The notes beneath the pieces are model-generated. The model was not told the DNA's origin. It worked only from the letters and a program-made list of their open reading frames with translations, and did not search any database. The translations under genes were made by a program, and so were the position numbers. A stretch of 63,986 bases of DNA, the filler included, from Collodictyon triciliatum (taxonomy: Eukaryota), in assembly GCA_043381765.1 (NCBI GenBank). It is 4 parts of 4 records of this genome, joined end to end, with 100 filler letters (N's around TTAATTAATTAA, not from the genome) between each part and the next. Parts side by side here need not be neighbours in the genome. Positions count along the whole stretch, not along the records: positions 16,285 to 32,469 come from JBHJMP010001572.1; positions 32,570 to 48,741 come from JBHJMP010001577.1; 2 more parts are not named here. One strand, given 5' to 3'. Shown piece by piece: positions 26,324-38,029 of the stretch; within the stretch, counting starts at the first letter, position 1, and each line of letters begins with the position of its first letter.

Positions 26324-26730
26324 TTATTCCTTTCGTCCGAGTCTGCTTGTTGGCAGGGGTCTCCAGTGTGTGCTTTGTTGGGCAGAGACTTGCGTCTACG
26401 TTTTCTTCCTTATTCTGCTCTGCTCTGTTCTGTTTTGTTTTGCTTTGTTTTTTTTCGCAGGGCGGTCGAGAATGAGCGGAGGAGGTTTTACAAATCCTTT
26501 GTCAGCTCACGGAACTTGTCGACAAGGTCTTTGCACTTGTGGTGGTGATTGGCCCGCTCCACAAAGTAGCACTCGCGCAGCTGGCGGCGCACAAGCTTGG
26601 CCTGCTCGATGCGGATCATGCGGTCGCGCGTGGCCTGGTCCTTGGCGTCCATGGAGGCAATCAGCTCGTTTGGATCAAGCTGCTCTGCGCTGGGCACGCG
26701 GGGGAAGTGGCGGCTCGAGTCGGTGGCCAT
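26324..26730 (-). CDS. NDUFB10: Complex I accessory subunit NDUFB10 (PDSW)
   Basis: RDRMIRIEQAKLVRRQLRECYFVERANHHHKCKDLV. Unspliced stop at 26488; a short second exon (LLGRKE*) ending 26324 is phase-compatible. Confidence 0.85.
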
Positions 26731-27074
26731 TCTGTGGGTCTGGCGAAGAAGCGTGTCAGTACAGAGTTGCGGTCGGCTTCGTTGGCAGCCGGGGATAATG
26801 CCGGCGAAGTCATGTGATTGTGCCAGTGGCTGTCTGCACGTCCCAGGTTTTAGGGGTTCGGAGAGTAGCAGTGAAAAGAAAAAGGGGGTAGGGCAAAGAG
26901 CTGAGAAAGAAAAAAAAAATAGGGGAGAGGAAGGAAAGAGTTCGACAGAGTTGAATGCCTTTCTTTAAGGATTTCTGAACTCATTTTTTTTTTTGTTTTC
27001 AGATTCAGAAATACTTGCTCTGCTCCAGTCTTCAGCGTGGCTGCGCTTGGAGAGACACTCTCCCACAACGCAAC

Positions 27075-28259
27075 TCACAGTTCCATACGGCCAGACTGCT
27101 TCGGTAGCTCGCTGTTTCTTCTCTGCACGATTTCTGATGAATCGCGGGTGAAATCACACAGAGAGCAGATGAATCTGGATTGAAGACGAGATTTTCCAGA
27201 TTTGTATATTAAACGACAGGAAGTTGTCGAAAATCCGAATGTGTTTAAGGGTGGAACGAGATATCCTCCTTTATACAACACGGCTTCGTGTCAGGCTTTC
27301 TCAAACGTTAGAGTCGTAGTTCAGACGCGCGCCCATCTCCTTCAGCTCCGTTGGGGTCAGGTGGGACTCATAGTACTAAGAGATGAAACATTATTCGTGA
27401 ATTTTTCACAGATTCTTTTCCTTTTTTTTTTCTTCTTCTTTGCTATTTTCTTCCAGTTGAACATACACATGGCACAATCAGGTTTGTGATTCGGGGTGGG
27501 AAACTTACTCTGTCCAACGCAGCGTAGTAAACACTCGCATTCATCGAGTCTGAGTGTCTTCCAGTCTCTGCAATAGTTCAAAAATTTCATGAATACATTT
27601 TGAAACAGTATTTCAAACATACAAATTTCTTAATGAATCGGTGATGTTTGCAAACAGACGATGCGTATTCTGTTATTTTCTATTGGAATGAAACCATACC
27701 ACCAATACTCCTCACATGCGTTTCCTTCAGAGGCAGATATAAAGTGTTAAGAATGATTTTGTTACTAATTTGATACTTGAAATGGAGATGATTGAATATA
27801 TGCGTAGCACATGGCAATTTCATATTACTGCAAATCCCTCTGAATGTGCGCGTGATTGCGATGATTCGGCCATACCACTTCCCTGGCTCTTGCGTAGCTT
27901 GGATGTGATTTTTTTTAATTTAAAATTACTATATTCAAACCACTGAATCATAAAAAAAAATCATCGAGTCTCATGTGGTTAATAATGCTTACAAAAATAA
28001 TATTTATCTTTCACTAGTATCAGACAAAAGAGAATGGAAATATAAACCATGATGCCTCTAATAGAAAAAAAAATATATTGATAACGACAATAAACAAATT
28101 GTATCATGTTTTCAATCGTTTGAAACCTCGTTCATGCTGGAAGAAAGTGGTGGCAATCCAGGATTCACTGTCTGCAAATTTTCCAGCAATTCTTCGCCAC
28201 TGGGGGTTGGAATCCACTCGGGATATGTCACCTTTGTTTATTCATCAAAATGTAAGATT

Positions 28260-28300
<41 letters not shown>

Positions 28301-31300
28301 CTCAATCAACATTTTCAGGGAATGTTTTTTTTTTAATTATGATTATTAGTATCGATTGAAATAATGAATGAAACACATTTATATCATTCAACTGAAAAAT
28401 GAAAACTTTGAAATTGATAAATGATTTCTCCATTTTTCCATGCTTCGTGAGTGTGCGGCCACTTTCTTCGTTTTTCTGCGTGTATATGATTTTCCCAATC
28501 TTTAATACATAAATATATGAAGCAATATATTGAAGAGCACATGTAAGAATGACTCTTCAAAAAATATGCGATTTAATTTTTCAACGAAATAATGATTACA
28601 GAAAAAATTCTACTGAATTGGAAAAATGTGCAAAAACAAACGTGTTCACGACGGCGAAAATTAAACATTCCATAAGCACAAATATGTCCTGTAATTATAT
28701 CAAAAGATATTCGTGAAAGCTGCTGGAAGAAAAGAAGTTTTTGAGCATGAGACCCATAACCCCAAGAAAAAAGAGGTATTACGTCGATTATACCCAACAA
28801 GAAAGAATTATTTGAAACAAAAGGCATGCCTACCAACTCCTTCTTCGTGAACGGTGTTCTCTCGAATAAAATCAAGTATGTTTTGTGAGGGAGTTAAGTA
28901 CAAAAATAAAATAATAAAATAGAATGATTGAAGCGACGTATGAAAATGTTTTTATTTTAAATGAATTGTTTGGATGAAATATAACATCATCGGTGGTGAA
29001 AAAAAGGATATCAATCGATCTGGACATTGAAAACCACATGACGTAAGGGGTGATGAATACTCCCAAAAGTTCTTGAGCAAACAGGCTTTTGATAAAAGAA
29101 ATCAGAAAAACAGATAGATTTTCAAATATCATGACATATACCTTGAGTGAAGATATTCTTTCAACTTTCTTAATTTATAAGAGAGCTACCTTATTCTATA
29201 TTGGAAGAAAAAGCTAAATTCTTTTCTGACCTGATACATATCAATAAATCAAGACCTGAGCGCTGTGCAATTAAGTATTCCATACAATTAACTGTTCAGC
29301 GACATAATGTACACCAATTTTTAAAAACGGGAGGGCATATATACTTTCCATGTATGCGCATGGTCTTTCCAGTGCTTCGGAAAGTAGTGAATATGCTCCA
29401 CAACTTTTCGCAAGACATCATCTGGGTCGAATGCCTAGATATATAGCAAAATTAAACAAAATCCTATCAAAAGATTATAAACAAAAATAAATAGATAAAT
29501 ACATACAGTGTTTTCTGCTGGCAGGAAAGACCTAGTAATAGCTAGTATCGTTCCAAAAATACCCACGTAGAAAATAAGGCTAGAATAATCGAAATAAAGA
29601 TGTCTTTAATTCAACCACTACACATATTAAATCAAAATTAAGTTTATGTCCAGCCATGACTTCAGGATTTCATTCTCACTTTCTTTTTAAATTGGGAATT
29701 AAGCTTTTGTCTGGTACCAATTACCGAGAAAAAAAAGTAATTAAAACAAACCTCTTTGTCAGGACATGAACATCAAGAAGGACTCCTTCGTCAATCAAAC
29801 CAATCAGCAAAAGAACAGCAGCCATCGCTCCGACGACAAATGAAACAAGTCTATGATTTAGAAAATAGGATCAAATTCTAAAATTTACTTTTATCCTTGT
29901 CACGATACCCATATCCATTTATTTCATGCCTTCAGGAAAATTCGAAAAATTGCATGCAAGAATAGCATTTAAAAAAAACCTTGCAAGAGCGGACACGCGA
30001 TAATCAGGAAAATTATCAATGTATGACTGCGCAAAAGGCATGCTGAAGTTTAACCTAAATGGAAGTTGGTGAATACTTTGTATTTTTGCTGTTCTTCTCA
30101 ATTAATAAAGTTTTATCACCTGTTCTGAAAAATATGTGGAAGTTCGTTAAACTCTCGAAGCTTCCACCGAGCATACGGCGACCATTGGCGAGTCCCAACC
30201 CTGGATGGGCGGCTCTGAATTTCCTATGAATTGATGATTTCATAAATATTAGTGCGCAAACTCAGGTTTTAGAGCAATTATGCCCCTGAAATAGTAAAAA
30301 AAAAAACAGTGCTTAAGTTTATATGCAAAAAGGAGATTGAATCAGTAGGGCGTACTGAATGAAAATTAATGTGTAATATATGTCCAAAGTGTTCTGATAG
30401 ATTGCCACCCCGAAATATAAATATTTTATGACATACTTCACCGTATCGAAAGAAGGTGTAGACGATAAGAAAGAGGACTATGCATGGAGACAACAATATA
30501 TTTGCAGCAATCAACCATACCAAATGCTTCTTCATTCTAATATTAAAATCGTCTACACTTTTAAAAGACTCTTATTTTTTTCACGATTTCGAAAGAGAGG
30601 GAGAGAGAGAGAGAGAAAAAAAAAGAAAGTGAAATGAAGAAATTTAGACAATATCTCTTATACTATGATAATTATGGTGTTGAGAGGAAAACATAAATTC
30701 ATTAAATTCGCATATATAAACCTTTCAGCCAATCTTTTCCTAGATTTCAAAATAATGTCAAAGTTATTATGAATAAAACCATAGTCAGTTTAGAATAAGC
30801 ATATTTATTGGCTTTTCCTTCGATTACTAGATATGTTTGTATAATGTACTTGTTCGAAGGATTGAGATACTCGCGATGGATAGATGAATCAATGCTGAAG
30901 ATGTTGTTAAGAATCAGTAGGGACATATTCCACTCTAGTGTTTGAGTAAAGAATACCCTTTCTCCGATAAACGGGAGTGTGAGCCTATGCCGAATAGGGG
31001 ATGAGAAATCTTTGATCATTTTTTTTTTAGGAATGAATATTGACTATAGAGTTACTCATACTTATAGTCAACAATTTCATTGTTCAGGAGTGCAATTAGA
31101 TAGTTATCTTTGCGCATGATTCTGTTTACAACATCTAGTTGTAATTAGTAGATGGTTTTTGAAATTAACCACAGTATCAATTTTTATGAGTCACAGAGAA
31201 TAGCAGAAATTGAAGTACCTAAAGCTGTAAGTTCGTCCTTGACAATGCAAAAACGATTCGTTTTCTATTCACAGACATTATTTAGATATGAAGATTTCAG

Positions 31301-32469
31301 GTGGTAACGGAAAAGCACCCTGGTGAAAAGAATGATTGAAGCAAAGGGGTGAAAAAAATTATTAAATTTCATTACCTGGAGATTGATCAGTCTTTGAAGG
31401 ACCTCGCACCAGCGCATGCTCTCTATATCCGCCTACAAAATTCAAATTGGGAACCAAGAACAACAGAAAAAGAAAAAGAAAAAGAAAAAGAAAAAGAAAA
31501 AGAAAAAGAAAAAGAAAAAGAAAAAGAAAAAGAAAAAGAAAAGAGAAAAAGAAAAGAGAAAAAGAAAAGAGAAAGAGAAAAAGAAACAGAAAAAGAAAAA
31601 AGAAGTACCTCGGATATCATCAACTTCTTATTTATGAATTCCTTTATCTCTAGGAGGCTTCTCAGTTGGTAGAAAAAACGCACAAATTCTACCAACCACA
31701 CAACGCTGAATATGCCGAAGCAGAAAACGAGAAAGTAATGGCTTTTGCTAAGAAAATGAAAGGAATCAGCAATAATGAAAATCACAGACCTGTGTAATCA
31801 TAATTAAAGTGTGTAATTATTACAAAACGTTTATTTCCACGAATTTTATGTTGAACTTCTTGATTTTGATAATGAAGAAATAGAAAATACATGAATATCC
31901 AGATAAATAAACTTTATTTGTCAATATATTTACCAATCGGAATATGATACCTATTTGAGTCGCTGAGAGACTTGAATACCAGAACTTTATCATCGAAAAG
32001 CACACCCCAGTCGATAAATAAAAGCAATAGCGCGGAAAAGAAAATAATGAAGCCAAGGATTCTGGAGGCAGGAACAGAAAGTTTTTTTTTTAAAAAAAGA
32101 AAATACGTTTCTTCTGTATAGACAACATAAAATTAAATCCTGCTGTATATTGAAAGGTGGAGCTATTCCTTACAAAATATTCACAATGCGGTTCAGTATT
32201 ATGCATACAAATCCCTTTCCGGTGTAGTATTCATATATCTACTCGTTTGCAAGTTACATATATTAAGAGCAAAGCTTCTTGCGATGACTAAAAGCAGATT
32301 AATCGTAAAAAAACCTAATGTAAAATATGATGAAAAATAGATATGTTCAAATAGTAAGCCATGTGCATTCGATGGAACCTTTCACGAGATTATATTAAGG
32401 TCAACACTAAGTACCTTTGTGAAGAATTCATCGAGGTTAGGAATGAGATTCCACTTGTCAGACTCACCG
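27075..32469 (-). CDS. ATG9: Autophagy-related protein 9 (5' truncated by scaffold end)
   Basis: WNLIPNLDEFFTK|IYEYYTGKGF, FIDW, YIDNFP...ALAR, ELLGVFITPYVMWFSM, HGKMEKSFINF; multiple TM exons. 3' end approximate. Confidence 0.95.
31465..31603. repeat. (GAAAAA)n hexamer repeat in ATG9 intron
   Basis: Directly visible; explains the spurious KE/KR/poly-K ORFs. Confidence 0.93.
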
Positions 32470-32569
32470 NNNNNNNNNNNNNNNNNNNNNNNNNNNNNNN
32501 NNNNNNNNNNNNNTTAATTAATTAANNNNNNNNNNNNNNNNNNNNNNNNNNNNNNNNNNNNNNNNNNNN
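32470..32569. other. Artificial scaffold linker N44-TTAATTAATTAA-N44
   Basis: Identical 100-bp linker. Confidence 0.97.
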
Positions 32570-32692
32570 GTCTTTGTCTTTGTCTTTGTCTTTGTCTTTG
32601 TCTTTGTCTTTGTCTTTGTCTTTGTCTTTGTCTTTGTCTTTGTCTTTGTCTTTGTCTTTGTCCTTGTCTTTGTCTTTGTCCTTGTCTTTGTC
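32570..32692. repeat. (GTCTTT)n hexamer repeat at scaffold start
   Basis: Directly visible. Confidence 0.95.
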
Positions 32693-32759
32693 TTTTCTCC
32701 ATCTTTTTCTCCTGATTGTGTTGTGAATGCCCCTGGTTGAATCATTATGGATTTTGTAG

Positions 32760-35700
32760 GACGAGAAACTGGAGAAGCAGTATGGAGTGTTCTATGCTGA
32801 CCGACAACTGACTACCCTGCGAAAGATTTACACAGCACTGGTATTGAACCACTTTCCAAAAAGAAGAAAAGAAACGATTCTCAATCACTCCGATCTTTAA
32901 ATCCTGCAATTCCTCACCACATTCGCCATACTCTTCTTCCTTCTGCAATTCGAACAACATAATATTAATATGCCTCTGGGTGTTTTTATATATTTTCTCA
33001 CAAAAAAAGCTGACAATTGTTGGATTTGTATTTGGATTCCAATTGGATGAGAATGGATACACCAACAAAACGAGCGCCCTCATATGCATCGCCTTAATCT
33101 TCGTTTGCTTGGTATCGCTTCTTGTTTTCTCATACACGCGGTCTGTAATAACTCTATCAACTACTTCTCGATTTCTACTTAAATCGCCTTTTATGCATCA
33201 ATAGAATTTAAAAGGTTTCACGCATGCCATACCTAACGCTCTGTATCTATTTCATATATCTCTTTTCAGATACTACCGAAAATGGTTTACATTCACTACC
33301 GTGGTATTAGCTATAGTCAGCTGCGTGTGTTTCATCCACCTCACTGTATTGATGAAGGACGACAAAGACATTATGACGATAATCATTTATCTTTTCTCAG
33401 TATACACGTTCCTGCTTGCATTGACTTTTCCAGCTGTGGTTTGCTTTTTTTTTTAAAAAAATATATTTAGCAAAGTTATGTTGCAGTTATATCCTCCTGC
33501 GATAAATGAATGGCATACTTCTAAGCACCTTCGCCGTTCTCAATGTTTCCCACAGCTTTTGATGCACATAGTTATAATGGTCACCACCATGGTGGATTGG
33601 AATGACGCAGGGATTTTTTCGGACTCGAAGGACAAAGTTGTAACCTTTTTCAGATTATTCTGCACCTCTGTTCTGTTCTTGTACGCAGCATACAAGAACG
33701 ATTATCTTTTCAGGTTTGTGAGCTGATTTTTCCGAAGCCATTCTCTTCTCCACACGCAATCTTTTATTTTATTGTATTTTTTTTTTAAAAAAAAAGCACT
33801 CTCCGATCTTTATTATAATACTCGAAATATATATAAAATATACCTATATGGCTTCCACCAGACGCGTCTTTTTATCAACATACCAACTTCGAACGGATAA
33901 TCGAGTAAGATGATTCCATACGATTATTTTTACCATTACCAACATTCATATCATTCTGGTCTTTTTTCTGTTACTGTTTATTTGCTATAAAAATTCTATC
34001 AGTGCTCCTTCATCTATTTGACATTTTTTCTTTGAAATAAGTATTTTCTTTTTTTTTTAAAAAAAAAGACAAAGACTTAAAGTTGATGAGCTTAAGCTAG
34101 CTTAGTTTCACTTTTCTGAAAACCAATACTTTTTTTTATGTTTAGGACCTGAGATACGAAGTGGTCAGGCTAAAACAGATGGAAAATAATAAACCTGACG
34201 ATATTGATTTGGAATCACCCATGTATAAAGTCATCACAACGCTGAAAGACATTCGAATAGCTGCCGGTAAATTCAAGGGTTCCTTGCTTAATAATATTCC
34301 GCTTCATCACACTGGTTCAATCTTCTAAATTCAATTTACGTTTTTATGGTGACAATCCTATTCAGAATGAAACTATCCCATTAGGAACGGAGGGAATGAT
34401 TGATAAAGATAGTGTTGTCAAACTGGATGCCGTTATCGACACTCTTGTCCACAATACCGACATATTTAGCCCAAATATAGTCGCACAGTTTGCTGATTCC
34501 AAGAAACGTTTGTATTTTTTTTTCGCACATAGTATACGTGTATTTTTTTTTTAAAACATTTGGTTTTGATTTGGTGAAAAAATGTTCATGTTCAACTCAG
34601 TTCCGACGGCCTTTTGATAACTTTAATAGCCAGCTACTTCAATTTTCAATAATAAAAAAAATTCATCATTTATACATTACCTACAGGCATCGATGGAGAT
34701 GTTCAAAGCTGGGTCCTCTCTGAGCTGACTAACAAAGATTCACGCCCTGTCTCAAGTAGTCCGGTAAATGTGATCAAGCCTAAACATAATGAAACACCCG
34801 GGTTTCTCGATTATTTTGCTTCCGCAATTATGGCCAAAATATAAGATTTATGAAATCTAGCAATATCGGAGATTGGACTAGCATTATTCAAAGTGAAGCG
34901 TGATAACTAATAATGGAATTGAATATGATTTAGGAAGCAGCCACAAATCGAAGGTCATCTCTTCCTTCTGGCTCTAAACGACGAAAGAGGTCCCCCTTCC
35001 CTTTGCTGTCTTTTTACCTTCTCTTTTGGCCTCTCAGATTATTTTTTTTTTGAGTTTATCTTTTTATTTTATTTTCCTATCTTTTAGATACTCGAAAGTT
35101 TACTTGAGGCCTTAATCGATGGTAAGATTCGGAAATATTTATCTAATGTAGTACAATGTTTAGCAGTTCAGGTGTTCGTGGCACTGGGATGCTTCCGTTC
35201 TCCTTACGCGCTGCTTCGGAATTACAAGAGCTTGATCCAGAGTAGGCAACCAGTGTCACTTATTACATATTGTCCAGTATTCTCTGCGAAAAAAAATCTA
35301 TGCAACGTACAGAGAATTTTACAATGACTCTAATTTTTTTTTATTTAGCTTTACTCTGGGCATCGTTGCTTTTCTTGACAGCCATATTGACCAGTGGAAC
35401 TTTGATTCTTTTGCTTTTTCTGAAAAGTGTAATGGACGTCCTCTATTCCATCTGGCAAACTATCTCTTTAAGCGATATCAACTGACCACAAAGTTTGAAA
35501 TAGATCCCATCAAAGTGAGGGGGCTTTTTGATCTTGGATTTATATTTATATATAACCATATAAATATCATGATTTTTAATATTTGATGTAGTACATTGAT
35601 TTTATTTAAAAAAACGCATTAAATTTGTGTAGCTTGATACGTTTTTAAAAGAAGTTGAAAGCACTTATCATTCCAACAATCCATATCACAACTCTACACA

Positions 35701-37059
35701 CGCAACAGGTATTTTAAAGTGTGTAATTTTCAACTACTGTGTCAACTATTATCCCCAGGGCTCAATATGCTCTGTCGGTTACTTAAAAGCATATGATTGT
35801 TAGATGTCTTACAAAGCGCTCATCAGCTTCTAGTTAGTTCTGGTGTCATTACGTACGTTTTAGGATATTTTTGAACTAAAAGTTCACGATATGATTATGA
35901 TAATCTCTAATGCAGGATTCTAGACGATATGGAAATTATGTCTGTCATTCTGGCATGCATAATTCATGATGTAGATCATCCGGTAAACCCTTTTATTAAT
36001 ATAAAAATTCGCAATATATCCCGAGATTGATATGCGCGTTATAGGGACGCACGAATATTTTCATGGTCAATAGCGAATCCGATCTATCTCTGCTATATAA
36101 CGACAAATCTGTAGGATTTTTATGATGAAAACTATATACTGACATAATATCTTCTTTGTCATTTTCTTTTATAATAAGAATCGTCCAGACTACCAATACC
36201 TTGCATTCTAAGCACACGGCAAATACTATCTGCACCAGTTGAAATGTTAATTTATTTTAACCATCAGGTTTTGGAAAATCATCATTCTTCTGTTGGGTTT
36301 CGGTTCATGAAAGACCCCAAAACCAACATTTTGGATAATATGTCGAAACAAGAGTAAATCGCTGTTATTTTTATTTATTCAACTGGATATAACAATCTAT
36401 CAATTAATCATTTTTATTTTTTACACGATGTGTCTATGTGATAAGGTTGTTTCAGTTTATTCAAATACTCAAGCCAATAATGCAGGAGAAAAACGATTCG
36501 GTCCTCAATAATTGATCTAGTGCTGTCCACAGATCTCTCTCAACATTTTGATATTGTCGGGAAGTTCAAAAGCAAGCTAGAGGCCGAGGGTTTCTTCAAT
36601 TAATTCATTCAACTTATCACCTATTAATTTATATAGATAGTGTACTATTACCATCAGAAACATCCAGTTTTACAAAGTCGATAATAGAGATGCCAATTGA
36701 TATCTTTTGCAACGTAATTCACAAAGGGATTTATTTTTATTTTTTTACCCCCATATAACCTAGATATGCGAGCCTCAAAAGAAAACCTTCCAATGATTTT
36801 AAAAATTATTGTTAAATGTGCTGATGTTAGCAACCCCGCGAAACCAGACTACATATATCAGTCCTGGGTAGATAGGATTATGAATGAGTTCTACATTCAA
36901 GTAAGTATCATGAAAAAGCGGTTATTATGCCGAACTTGTTACCCCGGCTCTATTTGTATCTTCGATTTGTAATTACTAGTAATCGATATCAGGGGGATGA
37001 AGAGGGAAAACTTGCTCTACCCGTTTCACCATTCATGGACCGGACGAACCCAACTGTAG

Positions 37060-37138
<79 letters not shown>

Positions 37139-37737
37139 ATATTAGTTATGAAATCTGTTCGGTACCTTCTTTCACTCACCCAGAGGCTTTCAAAAAGTTC
37201 GACACAATACATTTGAAGGAAATGAGCCAGACCCTTTGATGCATTTTTCTGATTTTCTTTTCTTTTTCTTTTCCTTTTTTTACTCATTTTTTTATTTATT
37301 TGTGATGACAGGTTGAGAAATGTCAGTGTGGCTTCATGGACTTTATCGTCAAACCTTTGTTTGAAGCGTACTGCAACTTCTCCAAGGACCAAACGTGCGT
37401 CCGAATCCTGGAAAACAATCGCCAATTCTATGGAAAAAAGTATTTTTTCCCTTTTTTTTTTTACCGAGTAGATACACAAACCGAATAGAAAAAAGAAACG
37501 GAAAAAAAGGAAAAAAAGGAAAAAAAAGCTGAAGGGTGTCGCTTGTTGCTGAATGAGCCATCCTGTCGCAGACTAGCCGCACTGCAGCCAAGCGCAGCAC
37601 CGAATCCTCCTCCGACGCAGCAAACGCCTTCAACCCCGACCGTAGCGCCCGTGGTTTCATCCCCGCCAAGTCCTGCACAGCTTTCGGTCACATCAGTCTC
37701 GCAGGAGTCCACCACACCACGCACAGCCGGGAAGTGA
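32760..37737 (+). CDS. Membrane-anchored class I 3',5'-cyclic nucleotide phosphodiesterase (5' truncated)
   Basis: About six hydrophobic helices, then DLESPMYKVI and catalytic motifs NPYHNSTHATDV, IIHDVDHPGRTN, YNDKSVLENHH, LSTDLSQHF, KCADVSNPAK, EFYIQGDEE, PFMDR, QCGFMDFIVKPLF; Pro/Ser tail ends AGK* with AATAAA about 40 nt downstream. Confidence 0.93.
37062..37137. repeat. Poly-T tract in PDE intron
   Basis: Directly visible. Confidence 0.95.
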
Positions 37738-38029
37738 CAGACCCAGAGGACCAAGACAGTGGCCATGCCTTTGTGCATCAATAAACAGACTCCCGAAAGC
37801 AAAAGCAAAAGCAAGAGGAAAAAAAAAGGTGTGGGAAAAAGTAAAAACAGACTCCCGAAAGCAAATGAACAAAAAAAAAATAAAAAAATGAGAAAAAGGA
37901 AGGAAAAGCAGAAGAGGAGAAAAAAAGAGGACACCCGGACAAAACCGCGACACCCGCCCCTGCTTGCTTGCACTCGCAACGCGGGCGCACAAATGAGACT
38001 GCGTGCTGATCCAAATCGGCTGCCTGTAG

